DNA of 64,000 nucleotides, from contig NC_057718.1 of NCBI RefSeq assembly GCF_004010195.1, forward strand, positions 8,207,552-8,271,551. The letters run 5' to 3'. Below the pieces are notes generated by a model, which searched no databases, was not told where the DNA came from, and worked only from the letters and a program-made list of their open reading frames with translations. The position numbers and the translations under genes were made by a program. Positions 10,096 through 23,019 of this stretch are shown one piece after another. How positions within the stretch are numbered: position 1 is the stretch's first letter; every line of letters begins with the position of its first letter. Source of the DNA: Chiloscyllium plagiosum. Its lineage: Eukaryota.

Positions 10096-12194
10096 TAAAA
10101 CAACAGGCTGAATAACAGAGAGAAGACAAACGTTTAAGAAAAACAAACAAAACATGATTTATTTTGGACAATGGTTTTCAATTGAGCTGCTAACTTGCCT
10201 ACTCGTAATTAAGACCGTTCCTTGATAAGTGAAATAAAACATTGACAGTTGACTCCAAAGAACCACACAGAATTCTCTTTGAACTATGGAACAGGCATAC
10301 AGAAAAGAAATAAACTCTCAAAAGAAAATTCATATGAGAATCCTCATGCCAACTGACCTACAAGCTTCAATTTCAAATGTTCATCCTTGAGTTCAAATCC
10401 ATCAATATCTCTGCAATCTGCTCTGGTCTCAGATCTTCCAAGATATGTGTTCTTCTCATTTTGGCCTTATATATATTGTTGATTTTGGTTGCTCCACAAA
10501 TGGCAGTGAAGCACTTGGGACATTTTCTGATGTTAAAGGAGTTAAATAAACGTAAGGTGCCATCGTGTCATTACAGAGCCTTACCTTTACCTATGATGAG
10601 ATAAAGACCATTCAGTGGTCTAGCTGCCCAAACTGAGAGTCCAGAGAACTGGGTTTCATCAGATTTCTGTGTTGCTTTTACTTGTTAATTTATCAGTATT
10701 ACAGTATTATGATGAGATTCTTTCTGATTACACTTCATTTCCTTTCTCACTTAATGGGATTTGGGAAATCCTTCTTATCCTGCTCCACCATCTCTCTCTT
10801 TCCACTCCTCCACCCATCTCAAGAGGATTACACTGTCAGCTAAAAAATAAAGAACAGAAAGCAGAGGCTACAAGAAACAAGTGAACTGAATACTTGCATG
10901 AATGAGTGGGTCTGAATGGAGAAGTGGGGGATGGAAGAGAGAGAAAGGAGGAACCAATCCAACATGTGGTATCTGTCAGAATCATCTTTTCAAACTTCTA
11001 TTTCTGGCTTCTGTAGAGTGGTACAAAAAGAATATTGCGGAACACTGAGCAATTCTTTGTTCTTAGCCTATTCGTGGCAAATTGTTCTCCTTCGCTGACT
11101 GGCTGTGTTCTCAAGCTAGTAAACACATGGCACTTGACTGAATGATGTAATGTGCTTCCTCTTGTTCCCTCTGGTGAACGAGCATCAGAGGTGAAGTTTG
11201 TCAATTTTTCAATTTAAAACCAAAACTCTCTTGAATGAATTGTTTTCTCACATCTCAGCAGGTTTGCGGCAAATTATTTCAACTCCTGTACAAATTAGAA
11301 TACGGATTTGAACAGTGGGCCTTTAATGTTTTGGGCAAAAATATTTCACCACTGCATTATGTAATACATTTACTGCATGGATGAGGAAAAATCGGAAGCT
11401 TTCTACTGTTGTGCTTTAGTTTGCTTCTCGTTTTCACCTGCCCTCTCTGGTGAGCAGCGGTGCATAAATGAGAGACAAACGTGTTAGTCTCTGTTAATAC
11501 ACAGCCTCTCCATTGTCAAGCGTTTAGCCGTGCCTTCTCGTGATGGATCTTGGAAACGAAGTTCCTCGAAGCGGCAAGCCATAAGTTCAGAAGAACTTTG
11601 AGGGGGTTTCGGCACCAGACATGAAACATGCAAGTCCACCAGCATGTGGACACTCAAAACAAACCTTCCAGTGATGGGCACATAACACCATCTCCTTGTG
11701 GATTCTTTCGGAGAGCTGAAAGCTAAGGGAGTAATACCTGAAAATAAAAATCTTGAGTGAAGTCCAAAGATGGATAGAAATCAAAACATTTTGTGGTTCC
11801 AGCAACCCCTGCAACCAGGCTAGTGTTACACATAGTGCTTTGCATTGCTTTGGACTCAACTGGGCAGCTCTAAAGGGTTTCCCGATGTTTAGATAGCTCA
11901 GCATCTCCACAAATATTGGGCCAGGTTTGCATTCTGGAGAGGGATTCTTCACTTGCAATGCAGTGCTAACATAACATGAGAGATAGTTACCAGTGATAAG
12001 CCCAATTCAGCCTGCATAGAGAATGGATGCTCCAGGTTCTCTCAGTTGGACAGCCTCCAATTTGTAAGATGCTGACTTGATACAGTTCACCTGTTTCAAT
12101 GGCACCTTGGAAACTTACAGTTTTAGCTCAACAAGGAGATGGAATCCATCACAGCAGATAAACAAGCAAAACAAATGAGAAGATGATGTCAACT

Positions 12195-13200
12195 CTTAGA
12201 CTGGCAAGCTGGAATGGGAGCTTAGCAAGGAAGGTTGTGGAGCAGCAATGGCAGGAGTCTCTGGGGGTAATTCGGGAAACAGAGCAGAAATTCGTCCCAA
12301 GGAAGAAGAAAGGGGAGAACGAGGCAACCATGGCTGACAAGGCAAGTCAAGGCAGGAAAAATGCAAAAGGAAAAGCTTAGAATGTGGTGAAGATCACTGG
12401 GAAGCCAGTGGCTTGGGAAACCTTTAAAAACCAGCAGAGGACAATGAAAGGTGAGGGGGGTGTGTGGTGGTGGTTGTGATGAGAATGATGACATATCGGT
12501 TTCAGCTAGCTATGAATACAAAACAAAAGACTGAAAAAGTATGTTTTGAAAGACTGTCCGTTAGGAAAACAAATGCAATGTTCGCACTCATTTCGAGAGG
12601 GCTAGAATACAACAGCAGGGATGTACTGCTGAGGCTGTATAAGTTCTGGTCAGACCACATTTGGAATATTATGAGCAGTTTTGGGCCTCGTATCTAAGGA
12701 AGGATGTGCTGGTGTTGGAGTGCACTACAGGAAGTTCACAAGAATGATCCCAGGGATGTAGGGCTTATCATATGAGGAGCAGCTGAGGACTCTGGGTCTG
12801 AATGCAATGGAGTTGAGAAGGATGAAACAGGATCTCACTGAAACTTGGATATTGACAGGTCTGTAGAGTTTGGACATGGAGAAGACACTTCTCCTAGTGG
12901 GAGAGACTAGGACCTGAGGGCACAGTCTTAAAGTGATGCAACAATGCTTTTGAACTGAGAGGAGGAGGAAATTATTTAGCCAGAGGGTGGTGAATCTATG
13001 GAACTCATTGGTGCAAGGGGCTATGGAGGCCAAATCACTGAGTGTATTTAAGACAGAAGTAGATAGGTCCTTCTTGAGTAAGGGGATCAAAGGCTGTGGG
13101 AAGACGACAAGAGAATTGGTTTCAGAAACATATCAGTTGTGTTTGAATGATGAAGAGGACTCAATGGAATGAATGGCCTAAGTCTGCCATAACTTAAGGT
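12195..13200 (+). mobile_element. CR1 LINE fragments (internal ORF2 and 3' end)
   Basis: Translations W...LA.K.VEQQWQE, ISRGLEYNSRDVLLRLYK and VVNLWNSL, ending in the CR1 tail gaatggcctaagtctgcc. Confidence 0.8.
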
Positions 13201-13411
13201 TTTATTGTGGTTCAGAATATGGTTCACTCTATCTGTTGTGCAACTCAAACAGGCTCAGTTATCCTCAACAGTATCTATATTCCAACACTGTGCTTCAATA
13301 CAGTGTGTAAGAATGCTCCAGGTGTCAATGGTATACTATTGAAACATAGGAATGCGTGCAGCATGGGAAGCCGATATGCCAAAACATCTTTCAGGAACCT
13401 GCATAATATTT

Positions 13412-13792
13412 TGTTCCTTCACGCGACATGGGGGTTGTTGACAAGGCCAGCATTTGTTGCCCTTTTCTAATTGTTCTTGTCCCTAGTGGTTTTCTATGTC
13501 ATTTCAGAAGACAGTTAACAGTGAATCACATTATTGTTGACCTGAAGACATGTGTAAACAGGAAGGATAACAGATTTCCTTTCCTAAAGGCATCAGTGAA
13601 TCCAATGGGTTTATATGACAAAGACAAGGTTTTCACACACAACATTACTGAGACTAGCTTTTCCTTCCAGATTGACTAACAACGTTAATTTAAACTTCAC
13701 CTGCTGTCATAGTGGAATTTGAACTCTTACCACCAAAGCAATAGCTCCGGTGTCTGAATGACTACTGCAGTGACATTATGACTACACCACCA
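13412..13792 (-). mobile_element. Near full-length tRNA-headed SINE (same family as 2710-3030)
   Basis: Minus strand: A-box-like GGTGTAGTCATAATG, B-box-like GAGTTCAAATTCC, the shared central block, and tail GGGCAACAAATGCTGGCCTTGTC...CCCCCATGTC. Confidence 0.7.
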
Positions 13793-14834
13793 TTATCCAT
13801 TACATGGGGACATGGTATATGAGCAATACAAGAGGTGGCATCTGGTAAATGCAGCTTGTGATGAACAGGTTACTTTTGACTAATGGTTCCCAAAACTCTT
13901 CACTACTAGGGTGTTTTCCTCATCTCTTGTCTGACTCTGTTGTAGACTTATAGAGGTTCATTACTGTGATTAGTCAACAGCTCTATTGTTGTAGTATCAT
14001 GTCACTGAGTCCTTAAGCACAACTTCTCTGGAACAGTTGGTTTTTCAAGTCCAGGCAAGAACAATAGTCTTAGCATATGCTACAGGCTGTGCAATTTTGA
14101 CACCTGTACAATTGAATCTCCCAAGTTGACCAGTTTTAGGGCCATTTAAAGCAACTTCATTGGCTAAAGATTGCCTCCCCAACAATTATTTGCTTTTTTA
14201 GACTTGCTTTTTTGTAGGTGAAGAGATAGATTGGGTTTAACAGTATATTTGGGTTTGAGAATCTGAGCTGGTGTAGTGCATACAGACGTAACCTAAATCA
14301 AACTAATTGCAGGAATTTCTTGTTAGAAAAGTGTTGAATGAGTGTACAGTGTTGTTTTGTTGAGCACTAACTCTCAGAATTATCCAGCACAATTACTTGA
14401 GGAAAAATTGCAATTAAGTGTGGGAAAAATAAATTTACAGTGAAATAAAAAGGCCAAATCACAGCCCATGTCTAGATTCTGCAACCAGTTGAAAGTTTCT
14501 CTAGAAATTATCTTTCAAGGGTGCGCCTCTTTTGTCCTTACACACATTTGTTATTTATGGGAGTGATTTTTCAGTAAATGCTGCAGTTCACTGGTGCAGC
14601 TTTGAAGTGACAATATTTCCATCTATGCTAATAAGGTCCCTCGGGCAACAATTGGCCAACTGGTTTCCATTCAGATTAACATGACTCTGAAAGATCATGG
14701 CCTCTTAAGGGATTAGGGAAGGAAACAAGGCACAGAGTGGAATTAATTATCTAGAAAAGAGTTGGCATAGCAATCTGATGCTATTGATTAAGGCGGAATC
14801 ATATGGGTTGGTTTCTGAAAAGCTACGAACAAAT

Positions 14835-16020
14835 AAGACCACAAGATACAGGAGAAGAAGTAGGCCATTCAGCCCATCCAGTTTGCTCTGCCATTCCATG
14901 AGATCATGGCTGATCAGATAATTCTCAACTTCAATTTCCTGCCTTTTTCCCAAAACCATTTATTCCTTTACTGATTAAAAATTTGTCAATTTCAGACGTG
15001 AATATACTTAATTATCCCGTCTTAATAACCCTCTGTGTGGAAGAATTCCAGAGATTCACTCCCCTCAGAAGAAGTTCCTCATCTTGTCTGAAAAGGGCAA
15101 CCCCTGACTCTCGGATGTCTTCTAATCCAAATTCTCCCATAGGGGAAACAACCTCTCTGCATCTATCCTGTCAAGCTCCTTGACAATATGCTAAGATTCT
15201 TCAATTAGAATCAATCAATCAAGACAATCAATTAGGTTGTCTTGCATTCTTCTAAATTCCAATCAGTATAGATTTAACCTATTCGACCTCTCATGATCAG
15301 GAAGTCCCTCTATACCGAGGATTAATCTAGTGAAACTTTTCAATGCACTGTCCCAATGCTGCAATATCTTTTTTTAGGTAAGGAAAAGCAAATGGTTCAT
15401 AATATTCTAGGTGTGATCAAACTAGCGCTTTGCATAATTCTAACGAGACTTCCATTCTTTTATCCTCCATTGCCTTTGAAAAATAGGCTAAGATTCCATT
15501 TGCCTTCCCCCATTACCTGCTGAACCAGCATGCTAGCCTTGTGATTTATGTACTAGGACTCCAAAACTCTCGATGCTGCAGCTTTTTCCTTTTAAATAAT
15601 ATTCAGCTCCCCTTTTCTTGTTACCAAAATGCATTACCTCACATTTTCCCATATTATGTTTCATCTGCTAAGTGTTTGCTCACTAGCATAATCTGTTTTA
15701 TTCCTCTGCAGATTGTGTGTGTCATCCTTACCACTTGTCATTCCATCTATTTTTGATATGGAGGGGCCGGTGTTGGACTGGGGTGTATAAAGTTAAAAAT
15801 CACACAACACCAAGTTATAGTCCAACAGGTTTATTTGCAAGCACTAGCTTTCGGAGCGCTGCTCCTTCATCAGGGTACCTGAAGGAGCAGCACTCCGAAA
15901 GCTAGTGCTTCCAATTAAACCTGTTGGACTATAATCTGGTGTTGTGTGATTTTTAACCTTATACATCTATTTTTGTGTTATTGCACTATAGTGCAATCCA
16001 CTCCCTCATCCAAGTCATTA
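14835..16020 (-). mobile_element. CR1 LINE 3' portion, interrupted at 15756-15963
   Basis: Tail agaccacaagatacaggagaagaagtaggccattcagccc, followed by degraded RT C-terminal sequence. Confidence 0.75.
15756..15963. mobile_element. Palindromic PLE-derived mini-element, family C
   Basis: Inverted arms around GGTACC. Intact minus-strand core CTGATGA-A-GGAGC-AGC-GCTCC-GAAA-GC-TA (about 15845-15873). 12-bp TSD CATCTATTTTTG (15744-15755, 15964-15975). Confidence 0.88.
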
Positions 16021-16046
16021 ATAAGTCTGAAGGAAACTGTGAAGGT

Positions 16047-16580
16047 ATTGGAATATTGTGTGAAATTCTGGTCTCCTTCCTATCGGAACGATGTTGTGAA
16101 ACTTGAAAGGGTTCAGAAAAGATCTACATGAATGTTGTCAGGGATGGAGGGTTTGAGCTATAGAGGGAGGTTGAATGGGTTGGGGCTGTTTTCCCTGGAG
16201 CGTCAGAGGCTGAGGGGTGACCTCATAGAGGTTTATAAAATCATGAGGTGCATGGATAGGGTAAACAGACAAGGTCTTTTCCCTGGGGTGGGGGAGTCCA
16301 GAACTACAGGATATAGGTTTAGGTGAGAGCAACAAGATATAAAAGGGATCTAAGTGGCAACATTTTCACATAGACGGTGGTGCATGTATGGAATGAGTTG
16401 CCAGAGGAAGTGGTGGAGGCTGGTACAATTACAGCATTTGAAAGGCATCTGGATGGGTATATGAATAGGAAGGGTTTGGAGGGATATGGGCCAAGTGTTG
16501 GCAGGTGGGACTAAATTAGATTAGAATATCTGGTTGGTATGGACAAGTTGGACTGAAAGGTACATCTCTTTGACTCTATG
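16047..16580 (+). mobile_element. HER1-type CR1 3' fragment
   Basis: LEYCVKFWSPSYRNDVVKLERVQKR...LERQRLRGDLIEVYKIM, with tail gactctatga. Confidence 0.88.
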
Positions 16581-16584
16581 AGTC

Positions 16585-18920
16585 AAGGAGAGCCCCAGAG
16601 GTCTGGAACATTGTTAATGTAACATTCCTGTTTTAGAAGCAAAGGACGCAGAAGACAGGAAATTACAGGCTGGATAGTCTGACCCCGGTTGTTGGTGAGA
16701 TTTTAGAGTCTGTTATTAAGGATGAGATTGCAGAGTACTTGTGAGTGCATGTTAAAATCGGGCTGAGTCAATACAGCTTCATCAAGAAGAGGTCAGGTCT
16801 GATAAATCTGTTAGAATTCTTCGAGGGGGTAACAGGCAAGTTAGACAAAGCAGAGCGAGAGATTTCCAGAAGGCCTGTGACAAAGTACCGCAAAGGAAGC
16901 TGCTAAACAAGAACCCATGATGTTGGAGCAAGGTACTGGCATGGATAGAGGATTGGCTGACTGGAAGAAGGCAGGGGTGGGGGGGGGTGTAAATTAATCT
17001 TTTGGAGGATGGCAGCGAATGACTAGTTCAGTTCTGCAGGGTTCAGTGTTGGGACAACAACTATTCACGTTATACATTAATGATCTGGATGAAGGAACTG
17101 AGGGCATTGTTGCTAAGTTTGCAAGTGACACAAAGTGGAGGGACAGATAGCATTGAGTGAGCAGGGAGGCTGCCAAAGGAATTAGACAGCCTAGGAGAGT
17201 GGGCAAAGAAGTAGCAGATGGAAAACAATGTGGGAAAGTGTGAAGTAATGCACTTTGGTAGAAAGAATAGAGGTGCAGACTATTTTCTGAATAGGGACAG
17301 GCTTTGGAAAGGATTTAGGAGTCCTAGTTCAGGATTATCTTAACGTTAATACACATGTTAGTTGACAGTTAGGAAGGTAAATACAATGTTAGCAATCATT
17401 TCAAGAGGGCTAGAATACAACATCAGAAATGCATACTGAGGATATATGAGTCTTCGGTCAGGGTGCGTTTGGAGCATTGTGAGCAGCTTTGGGCCAGATA
17501 TCCAAGAAATGATGTACTGGCATTGGAGGGAGTCCAGAGGAAGTTTACAAGAATGATCCTGGGGATTAAGGGCTTGTCACATGAAGAGCCGTTGAGGACT
17601 CGATCTGTATTCAATGAAATTTAGAAGGATGAGAGGGGATCTGATTGAAAGCGAGTTTTGAGAAGATTTGTAGCTCAGGTTGAGGTTCTGGATGTAAGTT
17701 TGCTGGCTGAGCTGGGAGGTTCATTTCCATGTTTCATCACCCTACTAGGTAGTACCTTCAGTGGGCCTCAGGCGAAGCAGTGTACATGATTCCTGCTTTC
17801 TATTTATATATTTGGGTTGGTGATGTCATTTGCTTGTTGTCTGTATAGGGTCTTTCACATTCATTCGCTGCTGTTTTAGTGTGTTGGTGGGCTTGTGAGC
17901 TACCATGATGCCAAGGGGTCTGAGGTCGTTTGGCAGTCATTTCCAAGATGTCTTTGATGTAGGGGAGAGTGGCTAGGGGTTTTGGACGTGTTTTGTTGGC
18001 TTGTTTGGATTTGTTGCTGAAAAATCGGCGGACTGTGTTCATTGGGTACCCATTCTTTTCGAATACAAAAGCAAAACTAACCTCATTAACAAAATACTGT
18101 GCAGAACGGTAACAAACACTACTCGGGACAAACAGGCAGAAAACTAGCCACCAGGATGCATGAACACCAAGTAGCCACAAAATGACATGACCTTCTCTCA
18201 CTAGTATCCTTACATACAGATGAGGAAGGACACCAGTTCGACTGGGATAACGCATCCATCGTAGGACAAGCCAGAGACATGCACGAGAATCCCTAAACAA
18301 ATGGCATTCCAACTGGAACTCTATCAACAAACACATCGAGTTAGAACCCATCTACCACTCCCTGAGAAAAAGAACAGGAAATGGCATCATCATGGAAAAT
18401 AACATTATTAACCCAAAGAAACCCAAACATATAAATAGAAAGCAGGAATCATGTACACTGCTTCACCTGAGGCCCACTGAAGATGTTACATGGTAGGGTG
18501 ACAAAACATCTGGAAATGAACCTCCCAGCTCAGCAAGCAAACCAACATCCAGATCTGATCGAAACTTACAGAATACTGAGAGCCCTAGAGTGGACATGGA
18601 GAAGCTGTATCCACTAGGATCAGAGATTAGGACCCAAGGGCACAGGCTTAGAGTGAATGGATGACTCTTTAGAATTGAGACAAAGAAGAATTCCTTCAGC
18701 CAGAGGCTCATGAATCTGTGGCATTCATTACCACAGAAAGCTGTGAAGGCCAAATTACTGAGTGTATTTAAGACAGAGATTCTTGATAAGTAATAAGATC
18801 AAAGGTCATGGGAGAAGGCAGGAGAATGGGGCTGAGAAATGTGTCAGCCACGATTGAATGGTGGAACAGACTTGATGGACTAAATGGCCCAATTCAGCTT
18901 GGATATTTTATGGTCTTATG
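16585..18920 (+). mobile_element. CR1 LINE RT-to-3' remnant, interrupted by a Penelope-like insertion
   Basis: Decayed RT motifs (NYR..SLT, QGSVLG.QLF.LYINDLD, KFA.DTK). The sequence resumes after 18564 and ends in a CR1 tail. Confidence 0.8.
17651..18551. mobile_element. Penelope-like element with internal inversion and inverted terminal repeats (family D)
   Basis: Minus strand about 17830-18062 gives FEKNGYPMNTVRRF...ATLPYIKDI. Plus strand about 18080-18380 gives a GIY-YIG remnant (GQTGRKLATRMHEHQ...HQFDWDNASIVG...NSINKHIEL). Inverted ends of about 150 bp carry decayed hammerhead cores. TSD GATCTGATTGAAA (17638-17650) / GATCTGATCGAAA (18552-18564). Confidence 0.88.
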
Positions 18921-18929
18921 TATTCTAAA

Positions 18930-21050
18930 TAATCGTGGCCCAAGGACAAACCCTATGTCAATCAACAAGTTACAGGTTGCCAGCCTGAAAACACCACTTT
19001 ATCCTAGCTTGCTGTTTTTTAAAATTATTATTGTCCCAATCTTCTACCCTTGCCAATATGCTACCCCTAACAAAACAGAAGTCGATGGTGTTAAGCAGCT
19101 AAACCTGTAGTACTTTATCAAAAACTTTCTAGAAATCCAAATATATTACATCCATTGGGTCCCCTTTATCCATCCTGCTTGTTGCCTCTTCAAAGAATTC
19201 CCATCAAGTTGCCAGGGAATATGTCATGAAACTGTGCTGTCTTTGATTATGGCCTAACATTTTCCTAATGTCAGATGTTAACAAAACTGGACTGGAGTTA
19301 CTTACTTTTTTGGCTGTTTCCCCTTTTGGACTAAGAGTGTAACTTTGGTATTTTTCTAATCCTCTGGGACTTGTTAAAAAATCTCAGGATTTTTGAAAGA
19401 TTACTACCATCTATTTATAATCTTTAAAACTTACCTCATTTAATTTCAAAAGTCACACGACCAGGTTATAGCCCAACAGATTTATTTAAAATCACAAGCT
19501 TTCGAAAAGCAGGTGCAGTGGAGGGATGTGCACAGGCACAGAATATATAACCTCAATATATACCGCAAGCCCACAGATAACCTCATGATGCTTCACCTCT
19601 CCAGCTTCCACCCGAAACACATTAAAAGAAAATCAAAATATAAATTCTGTGTCTATGCACCTCCCTCTACTTCACCTGCCAAAGGAGCAGTGCTCCAAAA
19701 GCTTGGAACTTTAAATAAATGTGTTGTACTATAACTTGGTGTTGTGTGACTTTTGACTTTGTCCACCCCAATCCAACACCGGCATCTCAACATCCTTGAA
19801 TATCCAAGGAGGCATTCCCAACAGGACAAAGGGAATCATCAGCTTTTAGCCCCATTAGTTTCTCGAGTGATATTTGCTATATTGATTTGCTGCTCCACCT
19901 CAGGCCTTTGATTATTCCATCTTTCTAGAAGGTTATTAGTCTTTAGGGTGGAGAGCACTGTCATCAAGTATTTATTCAACTTGTCTGCCATTTCTTGGTT
20001 TCCTATTATTAATTCCCCAACCTCATTCTCTGAAGGGGCCTACGTCCATTTTGAATTTTCCCTTGTTTTTCATGTATTTAAAAAAGCTCTTGCTGTTCGT
20101 CTTGATATTACTTTCAACTTTATCCTCAAAGTTAATTTTCTTCCTCTTTGTTTTATTTTTAGTCATCTCTTGTTAGTTTTTCAAACTTGCCAAGTCCTCT
20201 GGCTTACCACTAATATTTGTCACATTGTTCTTTTTCTTTCCATGTTATATTACCCAGTTAACCCTGGTTGGCTTACTCCATTCTCACTATGATATATCCT
20301 TGTTGTGAGTCACAATTTATTTCTTAAATGTGTTGTTCTTCAACAGTTTTGCTGCTAAACCCCTTTCCTAGTCCGCTCTGGCAAGTTCTGCCCTCATTCT
20401 TTTGTAATTGCCCTCAGTTTCAGCACAGTTGTTTCTGTCCCAAGTTTCTCACTGTCAAAATGAATGCTAAATTCTACCATGTTATAGTCACGATTTTCTT
20501 GGGGATCTTTTACTCTGACATTATTTATCAAACCTGACTCATTACATATTACCAGATCCAAAATAGCCTGATTCCTGGTTGTCCTTGGAAACTGTATTAA
20601 ATGTATCCTATGAATTCTTCCTTGTGGTGACTTTGCCAATGTACATGAAAATTAATGATTAACATATTACCTTTTTTTACATGCCCTAATGATCTCCTGA
20701 TTTCTTCTATCCATAATATATCTATGGTTGGGGCGGGGGAGGAGATGAAAAATGACTCTGACAAGTGTCTTCTTTCCCTTGTTGTTTCTTACCTCCACCC
20801 AAAAGGATTCTACACCTTCCAACCCAAGATCATTTCTTTCTACTGTACTTATTCTATTATGTACCAACACAACTATCCCACTCCCTTTTTCTTCCTGACT
20901 GCATTTGGAAAAGCCATATACCCTTGAATATTTAGTCCCTAGCTTTGATTTCATTTTAACTTTGTTCCTGTAATGCCCTAAAAGCATGCCCATTAACCTC
21001 TATTTGTACTGTTAATTCATTTACATGGTCTCAAATACCCTATGTGCATT
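18930..21050 (-). mobile_element. Degraded CR1 LINE (APE to RT), interrupted at 19444-19795
   Basis: ORF track gives GIVVLV...ESFWVEVRNNKGKKTL and QAILDLVICNE...DYNMVEF (APE motifs). Confidence 0.8.
19444..19795. mobile_element. Family C inverted-repeat element with a PLE RT-thumb fragment in its loop
   Basis: Inverted family C arms enclose about 19550-19627, which translates to LNIYRKPTDNLMMLHLSSFHPKHIK (PLE YRKPT...S.HP motif). Confidence 0.8.
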
Positions 21051-22154
21051 CTTACCTTTTTTATTATTTTCCCCTTATTGACCATAATGTCTGAAACTCA
21101 AAGAGGCCCTTATCTTCACAAGGCAGTTGTGGGGCAAAGAGGTGTGGAAAGAGACTGAGACAGAGAAGGAATCCTGCCTTAGGAACAGAATGCAATGGGG
21201 CAAAACTGAATGGATGAGGAACAGTACAGAAGCTAAATAAAATATATTCATCTTTTTTTGGTTAACTATCTATGGACAGCCAGCAGCTGACAACCAAAGT
21301 TGATTGCAGTTGAACTGGTGACCCAAGATATCATCTCAGCTCTCAACACTGTCAGACAACAGAAAACGTCTTTCACAATTGCGTACCTTCCCCCAATGCA
21401 GATGACACTACATTTGAGGGGGCAGTGGGGTGGGGGGGAGTGAGATATGGGGAGAGAATAGAAATGTTCTCAGATCTTTGAAAAACAAATTTCTCTTGAA
21501 AAATTTAACTGATTGGCTTGGTGAAGTTATCAAGTGTGATAGTGTGCAGAAACTGACAGAAAAGACCTTCATTTCAATGAATAGCTTACTGAAACATCCT
21601 TGGTCAGTGACAGTGTTTTAGTGGCACCAGATACAACTCCCTGTGACCCTCAGTCTGAAAATTCTTACAAGCTAAAAGATGAAGATAATCAAGATTGTGC
21701 TTGAACATAATCTGCTTGGAAGTGGTGAAAAGGTGCTGAGAGAAGAAAGAGGGTTATGCCCAGAGTTAACTTTAAAGACAACTTAAGAATGTAGAATTCA
21801 ATTTAGCAACGTTTTCTCAAAAATAAAGTAATAATGGAACAAAGGCATATATTCTATTACTTAGGTGCATTGCTTGTATTTAATTGTGCCATATAGTGGT
21901 TACACTATTTAATACTAATTGCTTCAGAATGTGCTAAACTAGTGCAGACTGGAACTTGTGTGAATACAAAGAGCTCAGAGAACATTCAAATTCACTTTTC
22001 TGCAGGAGATTCTGGAAGGGTTCACCAAAATAATAAAGATAAGAGATTCAAGTGTGAAATGACAAAAAAATCAAGACATCGTTATTCATTCCCATTCTTC
22101 ATTATTTCATATCTATTGCTTTACTTTTTGAAATTCATGTTCTAAATTGCTCTG

Positions 22155-22772
22155 CTCTCAGATCTTCAGGTAACCACCCTTCAAGGCTGACTTTGTGATA
22201 TGTAACAACGCAGAATTGCCCAGCAAAGGCTGATAGCCAAATCAGTACCCATGAAGAGGGCCTCAACCAGGATCTTGGATTCATGTCACACTACAGGTGA
22301 CCCCACAACACTATACACTCATACACGCACACACACTCTCATAGGCATACACTCCGTCACACTGCACGCATATGCGCACGCACACACACACACAAAAGTC
22401 TATGGGATGAATTTACATTTACAGATTTGTATTTGCAGATACATTTTATTTTATTCAAAAGGCACACAATTTGTAGACAGTCAGTCCATGTGACATTTTA
22501 TAAATTCCTACTTTGGAAACAGAACCACTTTGACTGCAGTTTGGGATACAGACAGATGCTAACCTCACACCTTTAGTGCATTGTCTGAGTTGAGATGTCA
22601 CTGTTTTATATACTGATAAAACCTTAAGTTACCTTGGGACTATGACTTGAAAGAAGTTCTGGGATTTACATATTAATAAATCGAAAACTGCAGCCCCACT
22701 CTAAGTGATTAGATGCTTACAGCAATCTACATTTGTTCAACACATCACATCACTTGTATGACACAAATCTTT
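22155..22772 (+). mobile_element. Penelope-like 3' end (GIY-YIG C-terminus plus 3' UTR, family C)
   Basis: QRRIAQQRLIAK..THEEGLNQDLGFMSHYR* followed by a CA-rich tract and a UTR shared with 2358-2705 and 23150-23530. Confidence 0.75.
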
Positions 22773-23019
22773 CCCAGAACACAACATTTTCGCTTAATAT
22801 CCTGTAACCTTCCTTATGTCATGCATGTGACTTGATACCCATTCCTCATTATTTTTTGCCATAAACCATCACAAGGTGATTGGGTGTTACGAATGCCAGG
22901 TAAAATATATAGTGCTATCACCTGGAGAAATACAATTTGAGCAATTCTAATTGGGAGATTCACTGAGGCAGAGAGATTTTAAGGGATTCTGAAACTCCAT
23001 GCTGTCAATGTACAATGGT

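Noticed and set aside
21387..21475. Candidate VTA1 exon 7 (PPHPTAPSNVVSSALGE plus GTACGC donor)
   Set aside because: No in-frame acceptor (82 or 89 nt). The exon at 28251-28334 has better signals and clear homology.
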